This document shows positions 19,064-30,123 of a stretch of 64,000 nt of DNA, piece after piece. The notes beneath the pieces were generated by a model. It did no database searches. It had not been told where the DNA came from and was given only the letters and a program-made list of their open reading frames with translations. The stretch's first letter is position 1. Every line of letters begins with the position of its first letter. Made by a program: the position numbers and the translations under genes. The DNA is from Synechococcus sp. (GTDB lineage: Bacteria; Cyanobacteriota; Cyanobacteriia; PCC-6307; Cyanobiaceae): positions 160,001 through 224,000 of the forward strand of contig JBJBCN010000002.1 in the NCBI GenBank assembly GCA_047285805.1, read 5' to 3'.

Positions 19064-19974
19064 CAAGTGCCGCTGCCGGGCTTGGCCACGTGGGGCAGGC
19101 CCCATCCGAGCTTGTTGCGCAGCACCTGGAAGAACTCGTGGTCCGCCAGTCGCACAAAGCGCACGGGGTGCTCGCTGCGGCGGATCAGGACCCGATCCTC
19201 CGGCCAGACGTAGCAACCGGCGCTGCCGTCCACGACCATCATCAGCCGCTCGGGGGTGGCCGGGAAGACCGTCACCGGCTCGTGATCACTGAAGACCAGG
19301 GCCCGCGAGGCCAGCGAGTGGGGGGCGATCGGGGTGAGCTGCAGCACCGGGCAGTCGGGGCTGATTACCGGTCCCCCTGCGCTCAGTGCATAGGCGGTGG
19401 AGCCGGTCGGGGTGGAAAGGATCACGCCATCGGCGGCGATGTCCACCGGGGCGTGGCGGCCCACGGCGATCTCGAAATGGCACATCGAGGTGATGGGCTC
19501 GCGGTGCAGCGCCATCTCGTTCAGGCAGAGCAGCTCCCAGCGGCGTTGGTCCCCGCGCATCACGGTCACCACCAACGTGGTCCGCTCCTCGACGGTCCAG
19601 TCGCCTGCGATCACCTGGTCGAGGGCTTCCTCGAGCTTGGGCAGGTAGGTCTCCGCTAGGAAGCCCAGGTGACCGGTGTTGATCGTCAGGATCGGCACGT
19701 CGATCGGTGCCGTCATCCGGGTGGCCGACAGCACGGTGCCATCGCCCCCAAGCACCATCGCCATGTCCATCCCCGCTTCGAAGTGGGGGGGAACGCAGGC
19801 GACGTGGCCTTTGCTGCGCAGGTGCTGCTCAGGGTTTGCGAAACCGACCATCCCGGCGGCACTGCTGGCGCGCAGCACGTCGAAACCCGCCTCCTTCAGG
19901 CGGGCCTCAATGGTGTCGGCAGTGGACAGGGCCAGGTCCTTGCCGTCGTTAATGATCAGTCCGACGCAGGGCAA
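19063..19974 (-). CDS. nadK: NAD(+) kinase
   Basis: [15 protein letters not shown]; likely TTG start. Confidence 0.95.
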   Translation of the reverse strand: MPCVGLIINDGKDLALSTADTIEARLKEAGFDVLRASSAAGMVGFANPEQHLRSKGHVACVPPHFEAGMDMAMVLGGDGTVLSATRMTAPIDVPILTINTGHLGFLAETYLPKLEEALDQVIAGDWTVEERTTLVVTVMRGDQRRWELLCLNEMALHREPITSMCHFEIAVGRHAPVDIAADGVILSTPTGSTAYALSAGGPVISPDCPVLQLTPIAPHSLASRALVFSDHEPVTVFPATPERLMMVVDGSAGCYVWPEDRVLIRRSEHPVRFVRLADHEFFQVLRNKLGWGLPHVAKPGSGT

Positions 19975-20011
19975 AGAGCGGCTCAGATGGTCCCCCCAGA
20001 GTTTATGGGGA

Positions 20012-21019
20012 TCAGAACTGTTCGAGGAAACGCAGGTCGCTGGTGAAGAGGCGACGGATGTCATCTATGCCGTGGCGCACCATGCAGAAACGCTCCACCC
20101 CCAGGCCAGCGGCGAATCCGCTGTAGCGCTTGGGGTCGATGCCCATGCCCTGGAGCACCGCCGGATCGACCATGCCGCAGCCCATCACCTCGAGCCAGCG
20201 GCCGCGCCACTGCACGTCCACCTCCGCGGAGGGCTCGGTGAAGGGGAAGTAGCTGGCGCGGAAGCGCACCGGCAGATCACCAAAGAACTGCTGAAGGAAG
20301 GAGGTCACCGTGCCGCGCAGGTGGCTGAAGTCCAGGCCCTCATCGATGGCCAGTACCTCGACTTGGTGGAAGACCGGGGAATGGGTGGCGTCAACGGCAT
20401 CGCGGCGGTAGACGCGGCCCGGGGCAATGATCCGGATCGGTGGGGCGTTGTTCTCCAAGTGGCGAATCTGAACCGGTGAGGTGTGAGTGCGCAGCAGCTG
20501 GTGATCACCCACATAGAAGGTGTCCTGCATGTCCCGGGCGGGGTGGTGCTCGGGGATGTTCAGGGCGGTGAAGTTGTAGAAGTCGCTCTCGATCTCAGGC
20601 CCCTCTTCCACCTGATAACCCAGGCCCGAGAAAATATCGACGATCTCTTCCACCGTGCTGATCAGGGGGTGGCGGTGGCCCACCGGCGTGAAGCTGGCCG
20701 GCATGGTGACGTCCAGGGTCTCGCTGGCGATGCGCTCGGCCATGGCCGCGCTCTTGACCGCTTTGAGGCGATCGCTGAGCAGGGTATGCACCTGCTCTTT
20801 GAGGACGTTCGCCCGTTGTCCCACCAGCGGACGTTCATTGCCCGGCAGCTTGCCCATCGCGCCGAGCACCCCAGAGAGGCGACCTTTCTTGCCCAGCAGA
20901 CCAACGCGCAGGTCTTCGAGGGCGGTGGCATCAGCGGCGGCAGCGATCTTTTGGGCTGCCTCGGCCTCCAGCTGATCTAGTTGATCGGTGAGCTGCTGCA
21001 GGCTGACGGTGGAGCTCAA
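20012..21019 (-). CDS. pheS: Phenylalanyl-tRNA synthetase alpha subunit
   Basis: [23 protein letters not shown]. Confidence 0.98.
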   Translation of the reverse strand: MSSTVSLQQLTDQLDQLEAEAAQKIAAAADATALEDLRVGLLGKKGRLSGVLGAMGKLPGNERPLVGQRANVLKEQVHTLLSDRLKAVKSAAMAERIASETLDVTMPASFTPVGHRHPLISTVEEIVDIFSGLGYQVEEGPEIESDFYNFTALNIPEHHPARDMQDTFYVGDHQLLRTHTSPVQIRHLENNAPPIRIIAPGRVYRRDAVDATHSPVFHQVEVLAIDEGLDFSHLRGTVTSFLQQFFGDLPVRFRASYFPFTEPSAEVDVQWRGRWLEVMGCGMVDPAVLQGMGIDPKRYSGFAAGLGVERFCMVRHGIDDIRRLFTSDLRFLEQF

Positions 21020-21088
21020 GGATCGGCTTCAACGACCGCCGACTTTAAGTAGACGCCTGCTTAGCCTCGGGCCAGGCGAGAGGACAGC

Positions 21089-21877
21089 GTGCGGATCCTG
21101 ATCAGTAATGACGATGGCGTCTTCGCTGATGGCATCCGTGCCTTAGCGGCCGAAGCCCTGCGCCGAGGCCACCAGGTCACAGTGGTTTGCCCCGACCAGG
21201 AGCGCTCCGCCACGGGCCATGGTCTGACCCTGCAATCCCCCTTACGGGCCGAGCGGGCCGATGAGCTCTTTGCCGATGGCGTCACCGCCTGGGCCTGCAG
21301 CGGCACCCCCAGCGACTGCGTCAAGTTGGCCCTCTTTGCCCTGCTGGAGGAGTGGCCCGACATGGTCCTCTCCGGCATTAACCATGGCCCCAATCTGGGG
21401 ACCGACACCCTCTATTCGGGCACGGTCAGTGCCGCGATGGAGGGCACGATCGAAGGCCTGCCCGCCCTGGCGGTGAGCTGCGCGGATTACAAGTGGCGCG
21501 AGTTCGAGGCCTCCGCCCGCATCGCCCTCGATGTGGTTGAGCAGAGCCGCCGCGAAGACTGGGATAAGGGGATGCTCCTGAACCTCAACGTCCCGGCCCT
21601 GCCCCTGGAGTCCATCGGGCAGCTGAGCTGGTGCCGCAAGGCGGTGCGCCGTTACACCGATCAATTCGTCAAGCGCACCGACCCTCGGGGCCGCACCTAC
21701 TTCTGGCTAGCCGGCGAGGTGGCCAATGACCTGGATGCCGAAGTGGCGGGGCCCAATTACTGGCCGATAGATGTGGCCCATGTGGCTGATGGCGGTGTCT
21801 CGCTGACACCCCTTCAGCCCGAGCTGTTCTGGCGCGGCGATCTCTCAGCCCTGGAGCAGCCTCACTTCGCGCGGTAG
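21089..21877 (+). CDS. surE: 5'/3'-nucleotidase SurE
   Basis: [26 protein letters not shown]. Confidence 0.97.
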   Translation: MRILISNDDGVFADGIRALAAEALRRGHQVTVVCPDQERSATGHGLTLQSPLRAERADELFADGVTAWACSGTPSDCVKLALFALLEEWPDMVLSGINHGPNLGTDTLYSGTVSAAMEGTIEGLPALAVSCADYKWREFEASARIALDVVEQSRREDWDKGMLLNLNVPALPLESIGQLSWCRKAVRRYTDQFVKRTDPRGRTYFWLAGEVANDLDAEVAGPNYWPIDVAHVADGGVSLTPLQPELFWRGDLSALEQPHFAR

Positions 21878-22437
21878 ATCCGCTGCAGGAACCAGAGCGA
21901 GAAGATCAGGCCGATGGTGTGGGCAAAGAGCACCTGGGTGTTGCTCAGCACCGAGAGCATCTCGATCGAGGTGATCGGGTAGCCCACCAAGCTGCGGGCG
22001 CTGGTGCCGCCCACCGGCGAGCCAAAGAAGCCCGGGGCCTGCAGTGAGGCTTGAACAAAGAGGCTGCCGGCGAGGGACTGGTAGCCCAGCGAGGCAAAGA
22101 CCATCCCCAGGACGTCCGCGAGTATTCCCCGTTTGATCAGCTTTCCGGCCTCGCTGCGGCTGGGCTTGGCGCTGCTTCCCAGCGCTCGGCCGAGGCGAAC
22201 GATCAGCCAGCCCTGCCAGAGGCTGTAGAGCAGCACTAAAAAAGAGAGGGTCGTTAGAGAGAGGCCAGGCCCGAGGCCCAGGGCTCGCTCGGAATTTCGC
22301 GCCAGGCTGCCGCCGATGTTGTTAAAGAGAAGGACCCCCACCACCACGATCCCCAGGGCGGTCTGGGTCCAGAAGCGAATCCAGGCCATGCGCCTCAGCC
22401 CTAGGGAGAGCAGCTGAAAGTCGAGGCGATCGGCCAT
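21862..22437 (-). CDS. DUF3611 family membrane protein
   Basis: MADRLDFQ...WIRFWTQ pattern, TM helices. Confidence 0.8.
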   Translation of the reverse strand: MADRLDFQLLSLGLRRMAWIRFWTQTALGIVVVGVLLFNNIGGSLARNSERALGLGPGLSLTTLSFLVLLYSLWQGWLIVRLGRALGSSAKPSRSEAGKLIKRGILADVLGMVFASLGYQSLAGSLFVQASLQAPGFFGSPVGGTSARSLVGYPITSIEMLSVLSNTQVLFAHTIGLIFSLWFLQRIYRAK

Positions 22438-22553
22438 GGGACGTGGGGGGATGCCCAAACCTGCCATGGGAGAATGCATCTGGCGAGGCATTGAGCGCTT
22501 TTGGTTGTGATTGCAGCGCTCCAGATCGAGCCCATGTCCGCTGGCGCAGCCCT

Positions 22554-23492
22554 GTGATTCCGCTGCTCGAGCCAGGGCAAGCAAAGGGGCCCACGGCGGT
22601 GGCCCTCGGCAGCTTTGACGGTCTGCATCCAGGCCACCGCAGCGTGATTGCGGCCGTCACCGAACGCGCCTCCCAACAGGGGCTGGTGCCCACGGTGGTG
22701 AGTTTCTGGCCTCATCCGCGGGAGGTCCTCTTTGGCGAGCCTCGCCTGCGGCTGGACCTGCCTGCTGAGAAGTTGGCCCTGCTGGAGCCGCTGGGGATTG
22801 AGCAGTTGGTGCTGGTCCCCTTCACGCGGGCGCTGGCTTCGCTTTCGCCGGAAGCCTTTGTCCAGGAGGTGCTGCATGGGCAGCTCCAGGCAGGCTTCGT
22901 GGTGGTGGGCGAGAACTTCCGGTTTGGGGCGGGCCGCAGCGGCACGACAGAGACCCTGCGGCAACTGGGCTCTGAGCTGGGCATCGATGTTCAGATCCAA
23001 CCGTTGCTCTCGGAAGGGAGTGAGCAATTCAGCAGCAGTCGTATCCGCCGTGCCCTTGCGGGCGGGGACCTGCGGGAGGCGACCCGGCTCTTGGGCCGGC
23101 CCTATCGCTTTGGCGGCAGTGTTGTCAGCGGCCGTGGCTTGGGGCGTCAGCTAGGATGGCCCACAGCAAACTTGCAAGTAGACGGCCGCAAGTTTTTGCC
23201 GCTGGAAGGGGTCTATGCAGCATGGGCCTCGCTTGGGGACGAACGGCTCCCAGCGGTGATGAACCTGGGCCCTCAGCCCACGGTGGATCCCACGGCTCCC
23301 TCGGCCGTCGAAGTCCATCTGCTGGGTCGCAGCCTCGACCTCAACGGCAAGGAACTGTGGGTTGAGCCGGTGCAGTTACTGCGGACGCAGCAGCGCTTTG
23401 AGAACCTCGAGGCCCTGGTGCAACAGATCCAGCGGGACGCCGACCGTGCGGCGGCGCTCCTGGACTCAGCTGCCGGGGTAGGCGTTGGATAG
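22554..23492 (+). CDS. ribF: Riboflavin kinase / FAD synthetase
   Basis: GSFDGLHPGH, GENFRFG, SSSRIR, PTAN, EVHL. Confidence 0.96.
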   Translation: MIPLLEPGQAKGPTAVALGSFDGLHPGHRSVIAAVTERASQQGLVPTVVSFWPHPREVLFGEPRLRLDLPAEKLALLEPLGIEQLVLVPFTRALASLSPEAFVQEVLHGQLQAGFVVVGENFRFGAGRSGTTETLRQLGSELGIDVQIQPLLSEGSEQFSSSRIRRALAGGDLREATRLLGRPYRFGGSVVSGRGLGRQLGWPTANLQVDGRKFLPLEGVYAAWASLGDERLPAVMNLGPQPTVDPTAPSAVEVHLLGRSLDLNGKELWVEPVQLLRTQQRFENLEALVQQIQRDADRAAALLDSAAGVGVG

Positions 23493-23588
23493 GCCCCAGC
23501 TGATGAAGGCGGCGATCGCCCCCAGCAGCAGAATCCCTGAGATCAGCACCACCATTGGGCTGTCGGATTCGCCCTGGGCCATCGCCAT
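23466..23588 (-). CDS. 40-aa single-TM protein
   Basis: MAMAQGESDSPMVVLISGILLLGAIAAFISWGLSNAYPGS. Confidence 0.6.
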   Translation of the reverse strand: MAMAQGESDSPMVVLISGILLLGAIAAFISWGLSNAYPGS

Positions 23589-23642
23589 TCCTGTTGGATT
23601 GCGCCTCAAACCTAGGCAGAGACTCCTGCTCCTGCAGACGCC

Positions 23643-24710
23643 ATGACCACACCTGAACAGCCGGATACGGTCTTGCGGTTGCTGGACGCCAACCTCGACC
23701 GCGCCCGCGAGGGGTTGCGGGTGATCGAGGACTGGTGCCGCTTTGGCCTGGGTCGGGCCGATCTGGTGGCCCGTAGCAAGGACATGCGCCAGCGCTTGGG
23801 GCGTCTGCATGATGAGCGCTACAAGCGCGCCCGCGACGCCGCCGGTGATGTGGCGAGCGGCATGGCCCATCCGGCCCAGCGGGAGCGTGAACAGCCGCAG
23901 GAGGTGGTGGCGGCGAACTGCGGCCGGGTTCAGGAGGCCCTGCGGGTCTTGGAAGAATTTGGGCGGGGGGTGGATGATCGCCTGGCTGAGCAGGCCGCGG
24001 CGGTTCGTTACGCCCTCTATGACCTGGAGGTGGATGTGATCCGAGCTAGTGCCGGCGGACAGGAGCGGCGCGAACGCCTGCGGGCGGCGCGCTTGTATCT
24101 CGTGACCAGTCCGTCGCCTCGGCTGGAGGCCGTGGTGGAGGCGGCGCTGGAGGGTGGCGTGCGTTTGGTGCAGTATCGCTCCAAGGACGGAAGCCTGGCG
24201 CCCGACGGCCAACCGATCACCGATGCCGTGCGCCTGTCGCAGGCCCAGGCGCTGCGCCAGCTCTGCAGCCGCTATGGCGCCCTCTTTCTGGTCAATGACC
24301 GCATTGACATCGCACTGGCGGTGGATGCCGACGGGGTGCATCTCGGCCAGGGGGATCTGCCGCCGGCCCTGGCCCGGCAACTACTCGGTCCGGAGAAGTT
24401 GATCGGCCGCAGCACCCACGCCCTGGCGCAGTTGGAGCAGGCGATGCGCGATGGCTGTGATTACGTCGGCGTTGGTCCGGTGAATGCCACCCCGACTAAG
24501 CCTGGCCGGGAGCCGGTTGGGCTCGATTACGTCCGCCAGGCCGCCGGGGCGAGCGCCATCCCCCTCTTTGCCATCGGGGGAATTGAGAAGGCGAACCTCC
24601 AGGCCGTGTTGGACGCCGGTGCTACCCAGGTGGCGGTGGTGCGGGCGATTACCGAGGCTGCGGATCCGGCCCAGGCCGCTCGAGAACTGCTGGAGATGCT
24701 GCAGGGATGA
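23643..24710 (+). CDS. thiE: Thiamine-phosphate synthase (cyanobacterial long form)
   Basis: DANLDRAREGLRV N-terminal domain; QYR.K, NDR, HLGQ, TPTK. Confidence 0.97.
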   Translation: MTTPEQPDTVLRLLDANLDRAREGLRVIEDWCRFGLGRADLVARSKDMRQRLGRLHDERYKRARDAAGDVASGMAHPAQREREQPQEVVAANCGRVQEALRVLEEFGRGVDDRLAEQAAAVRYALYDLEVDVIRASAGGQERRERLRAARLYLVTSPSPRLEAVVEAALEGGVRLVQYRSKDGSLAPDGQPITDAVRLSQAQALRQLCSRYGALFLVNDRIDIALAVDADGVHLGQGDLPPALARQLLGPEKLIGRSTHALAQLEQAMRDGCDYVGVGPVNATPTKPGREPVGLDYVRQAAGASAIPLFAIGGIEKANLQAVLDAGATQVAVVRAITEAADPAQAARELLEMLQG

Positions 24711-24913
24711 TTCAGGTCCGCGTCAATGGTGAAGCCACCAGCTGCCCGGAGGGTTTGAACCTGGTGGAGATGCTCGAGCACCTCGGCTACCGCCCACAGC
24801 TGGTAGTGGTGGAGTTCAACGGTGAGATCCTGCCGCGGGCCCGCTGGGCGGAGCAGGCGGTTCGGGAAGCCGATGGTCTGGAGGTGGTCACTATCGTTGG
24901 CGGGGGTTCTTAG
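24707..24913 (+). CDS. thiS: Sulfur carrier protein ThiS
   Basis: VNGE...VVEFNGEIL...EVVTIVGGG. Confidence 0.95.
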   Translation: MIQVRVNGEATSCPEGLNLVEMLEHLGYRPQLVVVEFNGEILPRARWAEQAVREADGLEVVTIVGGGS

Positions 24914-24937
24914 ATTCCAGAGAAATAGAGCTATGCC

Positions 24938-25882
24938 GTGGCCGCTTCACGTCTCTCTTCGCTCGTGCGCCGGCTCCTCAGTGGCTTGATGGTTCCGGCC
25001 CTTGTGCTCACGCTCCTGCTGGCGCTGCCGCAGGCCAGCCAGGCCGCCAGTGGCGGTCGCATTGGTGGTGGCAGCTTCCGGTCCGCTCCGATGCCCCGCA
25101 GCTATGGCGGGGGTGGCTACCGAGGCGGCGGGTATCAGCGCGGCTATGGCGGCGGCTTCGGCTTTCCGTTTGTGGTGCCCTTCTTCTTTGGCGGCGGCGG
25201 CCTCTTTGGCTTCTTGATCCTGATGGCCGTGGTCGGTCTGCTGGTGAACGCGGTGCGCGGAGGTGGCGGCGCATCCCTGCCGGCGGGCATGCAGGGCGGT
25301 TCGATCGACCGCGCACCGAGCGATGGTCCGGTCTCGATTGCCCAACTCCAGGTCGGCCTTTTGGCTTCGGCACGGGAGTTGCAGGAGGACCTGCGCGAAC
25401 TCGCCGACCAGGCCGACACCAGCAATAGCAGCGGTCTGCAGCGCGTCCTGCAGGACAGCACTCTCGCCCTGCTGCGCCAGCCCGATCTTTGGGTCTATGC
25501 CAATGCTGAGGTGGGGCAGGTTCCCTTTCAGGCGGCGGAATCCACCTTCAATCGCCTCTCGATGACCGAGCGCAGCAAGCTGCGCAGCGAGGTCACCAGC
25601 AACGTTTCGGGAACGGTCAGCACCAACACCGGCGGTAAGGCTGGTGATGCCGATGCCGTCAGCGATTACATCGCGGTTACTCTCCTGGTGGCGAGCCGCA
25701 CGCGTCTGAACCTCAAGCCGTTGAACGGCTCGGAGGAGTTGAGTGAGACCCTGCGCATCCTCGGCTCTGTCCCCTCCAGCCAGCTCTTGGCCCTCGAGGT
25801 GATATGGCAGCCGGATGGCGCGGGTGATGTGTTGAGCGCCGATGAGCTGATCACGGCCTACCCGCAGCTCAAACACCTCTGA
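24938..25882 (+). CDS. DUF1517 family protein
   Basis: ASGGRIGGGSF, Gly-rich region, TM segment, LQVGLLASA, ERSK. Confidence 0.9.
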   Translation: MAASRLSSLVRRLLSGLMVPALVLTLLLALPQASQAASGGRIGGGSFRSAPMPRSYGGGGYRGGGYQRGYGGGFGFPFVVPFFFGGGGLFGFLILMAVVGLLVNAVRGGGGASLPAGMQGGSIDRAPSDGPVSIAQLQVGLLASARELQEDLRELADQADTSNSSGLQRVLQDSTLALLRQPDLWVYANAEVGQVPFQAAESTFNRLSMTERSKLRSEVTSNVSGTVSTNTGGKAGDADAVSDYIAVTLLVASRTRLNLKPLNGSEELSETLRILGSVPSSQLLALEVIWQPDGAGDVLSADELITAYPQLKHL

Positions 25883-26041
25883 ATTTTTTCTTCAGATTTC
25901 CTCAAGATTTGGTGAATTAAAGAAACTCTTCGGCTCCTGATCGCCTCAACCTGTTGTTGATCAGGGGGGTTAATCCGTAACGTCGGAGAACTTATTTTTT
26001 CATCTGTGTCCAGCCCACGCCACAACGCCGACACCTCCGCC

Positions 26042-26170
26042 ATGAAGTGGCAGGCCAACGGTGAACTGACGGGCGTGGACTTGCAGTCGCTGCTCAGTCG
26101 CCTGAGCAAGGTGGAGACCGAGGAGTGTGTCCGCGAGCTTGAGTGGTTGAGCCGTCACGAAGCGGTTTGA
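26042..26170 (+). CDS. 42-aa hypothetical protein
   Basis: Manual translation MKWQANGELTGVDLQSLLSRLSKVETEECVRELEWLSRHEAV after an AT-rich stretch. Confidence 0.6.
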   Translation: MKWQANGELTGVDLQSLLSRLSKVETEECVRELEWLSRHEAV

Positions 26171-26285
26171 CACGTATCGGGGCCGCCTAGCAGAGCCAAT
26201 TCTGAAGGTCACCCGCAGATGCGTCTCGCATCCGTTGCACCCCACAGGGGTGCTCAGCACACTGCGGAGCACCGGCGCGGTGTGC

Positions 26286-26444
26286 ATGGCTCGGCGATCG
26301 ATGCAGTGGGTGAACACTCCCGTGTTGATGGAGGCCTTGCACCGCTATGAACAGGGACGTCTACCCCGCTCGATGAGTCTCTGGGTGGAAGCCGTGCTGG
26401 AGCTGGATCGCCCGCTTACCTCTCCGCTGCGGCCCCACTGCTGA
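26286..26444 (+). CDS. Small hypothetical protein
   Basis: MARRSMQWVNTPVLMEALHRYEQGRLPRSMSLWVE... Confidence 0.55.
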   Translation: MARRSMQWVNTPVLMEALHRYEQGRLPRSMSLWVEAVLELDRPLTSPLRPHC

Positions 26445-27096
26445 GCAGGATCCGCAGGGCGGCCATCGCGGCGCCGTAGCCGTTGTCGATGTTCACCACG
26501 CTTAGGCCTGGGGCACAGCTGGCCAGCATTCCGTGCAGGGCGGCCTTGCCCCCGGCACTGACGCCATAGCCGACGCTGACCGGGACGCCGATGACCGGCT
26601 GTGGCAGGAGGCCGGCCAGGACGGTGGGCAAGGCTCCCTCCATCCCCGCGCAGGCGATCAGCACCCGGGCCTGGCGCAGGCGATCGAGTTCCCCCAGCAA
26701 GCGGTGTAGGCCCGCTACGCCAACATCCAGCACGCGCTCACAGGTGATGCCGTGCCAGTGCAGGGCCAGTTGCGCTTCCGCGGCAACCGGCAAATCACTT
26801 GTGCCGCCAGTTACCACCACCACCTCCCCCAATTCCGGACGGACTGGGGCCGCTGCGCCAAGGCTCAGGCAGCGCGCCTCCGCGTGGAACTGAAGCAGCG
26901 GCTCATCCGCCATGAGCGCTGCGACGGCCTGGGCCTTGGCGGCATCCACCCGGGTGGCCAGGGCCAGTTCACCGAAGCGCTGCTGCCGCACCAGGATCGC
27001 CGCGATCTGCTCTGAGGTTTTGTGCTCTCCCCAAATCGCTTCGGCCATGCCGAGGCGTTGCCGCCGCTCGAGATCTAGGCGGGCCAGCTCGCTCAT
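26416..27096 (-). CDS. larB: LarB / CpmA (PurE-like) family protein
   Basis: GTSDLPVA, DVGVAGLHR, AGMEGAL, VNIDNGYGAA. Confidence 0.92.
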   Translation of the reverse strand: MSELARLDLERRQRLGMAEAIWGEHKTSEQIAAILVRQQRFGELALATRVDAAKAQAVAALMADEPLLQFHAEARCLSLGAAAPVRPELGEVVVVTGGTSDLPVAAEAQLALHWHGITCERVLDVGVAGLHRLLGELDRLRQARVLIACAGMEGALPTVLAGLLPQPVIGVPVSVGYGVSAGGKAALHGMLASCAPGLSVVNIDNGYGAAMAALRILLSSGAAAER

Positions 27097-27524
27097 GCCG
27101 CCGGGATTAGTTCCCCTTCAAAGACCAGGGGGAAGGGGTTGCCTTGACGCTGGCCGGTGGCTTCGCGCGCGAGTTCTTCAAAGCGTTCTTGCACCGCTTC
27201 CACGTCCGCCTCGGGGATCGCTTTCCATTGGTCGCGGCTGGCCCAGCGGATCAGCAGCGTGCCTTCTTCGCGCTCGCTGTCCCAGAGCAGTTCTCGGCTC
27301 AAGAACCCGTCTTGGCTCTGCAGCCAAGGTTCCCAACTGCCCTGTTCAGCCTGTAGCCAGGCCTGGCGACCATCCGCCGGCACCTTGATGCGCAGGTGCT
27401 CGACGACGACCACCTCGAGCTGGCCGCCGGGCTGCTCAGTGGCGGCGATCGCCACGTCAGGATGGCCGGCCAGCAGCATCGCCAGGCAGAGAACAATCTC
27501 GGCGACCTTAGCGAGCAGGCTCAT
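27093..27524 (-). CDS. TIGR03792-like cyanobacterial protein (ABM-like fold)
   Basis: VVEHLR.KV...W...E...WEPWL..Q.GF pattern. Confidence 0.75.
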   Translation of the reverse strand: MSLLAKVAEIVLCLAMLLAGHPDVAIAATEQPGGQLEVVVVEHLRIKVPADGRQAWLQAEQGSWEPWLQSQDGFLSRELLWDSEREEGTLLIRWASRDQWKAIPEADVEAVQERFEELAREATGQRQGNPFPLVFEGELIPAA

Positions 27525-28006
27525 GCGTGTTGCAGAAGGGCGACGGCCTGGGAGGAGATGCCTTCTTCGTTGCCCTCGGCGCCGAGCTTTTCATTGGTGG
27601 TGGCCTTCACCCCCACCTGATCGGGCTCCAGGCCCATCCGGGAGGCTATCGAGCAACGCATCGCTTCGATGTGGGGTTTGAGCTTCGGCCGCTCGGCGAT
27701 CACAACGGAATCCACATTGACCACGCTCCAGCCCCGCTCGTTGACCAGGGCGACGACCTGCTCCAGCAGCACCAGGCTGTCGGCCCCTCTCCATTTGGGG
27801 TCGTCGGGGGGGAAGTACTTGCCGATGTCCCCAAGGGACAAAGCCCCGAGCAGGGCATCCATGATCGCGTGCACAAGCACGTCGGCATCGCTGTGGCCAT
27901 CGAGCCCCAGGCCGGCGGGGTGCTCCAACCGTTTGCCCCCCAGGATCAGCGGCCGACCCGGCACCAGCCGGTGAATGTCGTATCCGTTGCCGATCCGAAG
28001 CTGCAT
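27521..28006 (-). CDS. ispF: MECDP synthase
   Basis: [21 protein letters not shown]. Confidence 0.97.
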   Translation of the reverse strand: MQLRIGNGYDIHRLVPGRPLILGGKRLEHPAGLGLDGHSDADVLVHAIMDALLGALSLGDIGKYFPPDDPKWRGADSLVLLEQVVALVNERGWSVVNVDSVVIAERPKLKPHIEAMRCSIASRMGLEPDQVGVKATTNEKLGAEGNEEGISSQAVALLQHA

Positions 28007-28034
28007 GGGTGCCGGTTGCACTTGGTTTTGGAAC

Positions 28035-28460
28035 CTAGGCGCTCGGCAGCACCTGCAGGTTGGTGCCGTCCCGGCCAGTCACCAGGACCTGGCTGCCGGG
28101 TTGAAGGGCTTGGCCGGGCTCCAGATTCTCCGCTGCCCAGCTTTGGCCGTGCCAGAGCACCCGCCCCTGGTCGCTCCCTGTCTCAAAGCCACTGATCACC
28201 TCGGCGTACTGGGCCGCGTCGCTTTGGCGGATGGCCCGCTCTCGTTTGCGCGCGGACCAGCGCTGCAGCAGCACAAGCAGGGCGAGCGAGCCGGCGGGAA
28301 AGAGCAGCAGCTGCAGCCCCAGGTTCAGGGGCAACCAGGCGCACAGCAACGAGACCAGTAGGGCGGAGAGGGCCGCGGCGAGCAGACCGTCGAATTCCGC
28401 TCCGAGCCACTCCAGGGCCAAGAGGGCCAAGGCAACCAGAAACCAGAGCAGCGCAGTCAC
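28035..28460 (-). CDS. NfeD family protein
   Basis: Three TM helices plus OB-fold GRV..HGQSWAA; GTG start. Confidence 0.85.
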   Translation of the reverse strand: MTALLWFLVALALLALEWLGAEFDGLLAAALSALLVSLLCAWLPLNLGLQLLLFPAGSLALLVLLQRWSARKRERAIRQSDAAQYAEVISGFETGSDQGRVLWHGQSWAAENLEPGQALQPGSQVLVTGRDGTNLQVLPSA

Positions 28461-28516
28461 GGGGTTGCGATCAGGCAGCTGCTGCCTAGCTTGAAGCCGA
28501 CTGAGCGATTGGGCCA

Positions 28517-29428
28517 ATGGAAGCGCTGTTTGGCTTGCCGGCCCTCCTGGTGATGGCCTTTCTGGGGCTAAACAGCATCAAGGTCACCAGCGGCGGCCAG
28601 TCCCGACTGGTGGAACGGCTCGGCAAGTACGACCGGCAACTACAGCCCGGCCTCTCCCTGGTGCTCCCGATGGTGGAGCGTGTGGTCAGCCATGAGTCCC
28701 TGAAGGAGCGGGTGCTCGACATTCCGCCCCAGCAGTGCATCACCCGCGACAACGTCGCCATTGAGGTGGATGCGGTCGTCTACTGGCAGCTGCTGGAGCA
28801 CGAGCGGGCCTATTACTCCGTCGACAACCTGCAGGCGGCGATGGTGAATCTGGTGCTGACCCAGATCCGCGCCGAGATGGGCAAGCTCGACCTCGATCAA
28901 ACCTTCACGACCCGCCAGGAGGTTAATGAGGCGCTGTTGCGGGAGTTGGATTCCGCCACCGATCCCTGGGGCGTGAAGGTGACCCGGGTGGAACTGCGCG
29001 ACATTCAACCCTCCCGCGGGGTGCAGCAGGCGATGGAGCAGCAGATGACCGCGGAACGGGAGAAGCGCGCCGCGATCCTGCGCTCAGAGGGCGAAAAGGA
29101 GTCCCAGCTCAACGCGGCCCGGGGCCGCGCCGAAGCCCTCGTGCTCGATGCGAAGGCCAAGCAGGAAGCCTTGGTGTTGGAGGCGGAAGCCCAGGCCAAG
29201 CAGCAGGCCCTCTTGGCCCAGGCCCGCGCCGATGCGGCCAGCCGTTTGGCCGTGGCGATTCAGGAGAATCCCGAGGCGGCTGAGGCGATGCGCTTGCTGC
29301 TGGCAGGCGATTGGATGGCGATGGGCGAGCAGATGGCCCAGGCTCCTGGAGGCAGCGTCTTGATGGTGGACCCCCAAAGCCCGGCGGCCTTGATCTCGGC
29401 GCTCAAGGGGTTCCAGCTGCAGGATTAG
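28517..29428 (+). CDS. SPFH/stomatin-like protein
   Basis: VERLGKY, ITRDN, WGVKVTRVE, QMTAEREKRA. Confidence 0.95.
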   Translation: MEALFGLPALLVMAFLGLNSIKVTSGGQSRLVERLGKYDRQLQPGLSLVLPMVERVVSHESLKERVLDIPPQQCITRDNVAIEVDAVVYWQLLEHERAYYSVDNLQAAMVNLVLTQIRAEMGKLDLDQTFTTRQEVNEALLRELDSATDPWGVKVTRVELRDIQPSRGVQQAMEQQMTAEREKRAAILRSEGEKESQLNAARGRAEALVLDAKAKQEALVLEAEAQAKQQALLAQARADAASRLAVAIQENPEAAEAMRLLLAGDWMAMGEQMAQAPGGSVLMVDPQSPAALISALKGFQLQD

Positions 29429-30120
29429 CTCTGCTGCTTATCTTGCCAGCGGGCGTAAAGGTCCGGCCGGCGCTCGCGGGTGCGCTCCTCTTGCTGTTCA
29501 GCACGCCAGCGGGCAATGGCGCCGTGGTCGCCGCTGCGCAGAACAGCCGGGACGCTCATGCCACGAAAGTCCGCCGGGCGGGTGTAGTGGGGATGCTCCA
29601 GCAGCAGCGCGCTGTGGCTCTCCTCCTCCAGGCAGGCCTCGGTGCCGACGGTGCCGGGCAGCAGGCGAACCACCCCATTGATGATCGTCATCGCCGGCAG
29701 TTCGCCTCCGGTCAGCACGAAGTCGCCGATTGAGACCTCCTCGTCGGCCAAGGAGCGAATGCGCTCATCGAATCCTTCGTAGTGACCGCAGAGGAAGACC
29801 AGCTGGTTGTAGTCCGCCGCCCAGCGGCTCAGGTTTACCTGACGCAAGGGTTGCCCCTGGGGGGACATCAACAGGGTGCGCCGGCGCGGTTGCACCGGGA
29901 TCGACTCGAAGGCCGCAAAGACCGGCTCCGGCTTGAGCACCATGCCGGCACCGCCGCCATAGGGCTCATCGTCCACCTTGCGGTAGCGATCTGTGGCGAA
30001 GTCCCGCGGGTTGTGAACGTGAAGTTCAGCGCGTCCGGCGGCGAAGGCGCGGCCGATTACCCCCAGACCCTGCAGTGGCGCAAAGGCCTCCGGGGTCAGG
30101 CTGACCACATCGAGACGCAT
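29425..30120 (-). CDS. trmD: tRNA (guanine-N1)-methyltransferase
   Basis: VDDEPYGGGAGM, CGHYEG.DER, SIGDFVLTGGE. Confidence 0.98.
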   Translation of the reverse strand: MRLDVVSLTPEAFAPLQGLGVIGRAFAAGRAELHVHNPRDFATDRYRKVDDEPYGGGAGMVLKPEPVFAAFESIPVQPRRRTLLMSPQGQPLRQVNLSRWAADYNQLVFLCGHYEGFDERIRSLADEEVSIGDFVLTGGELPAMTIINGVVRLLPGTVGTEACLEEESHSALLLEHPHYTRPADFRGMSVPAVLRSGDHGAIARWRAEQQEERTRERRPDLYARWQDKQQS

Positions 30121-30123
30121 CGC

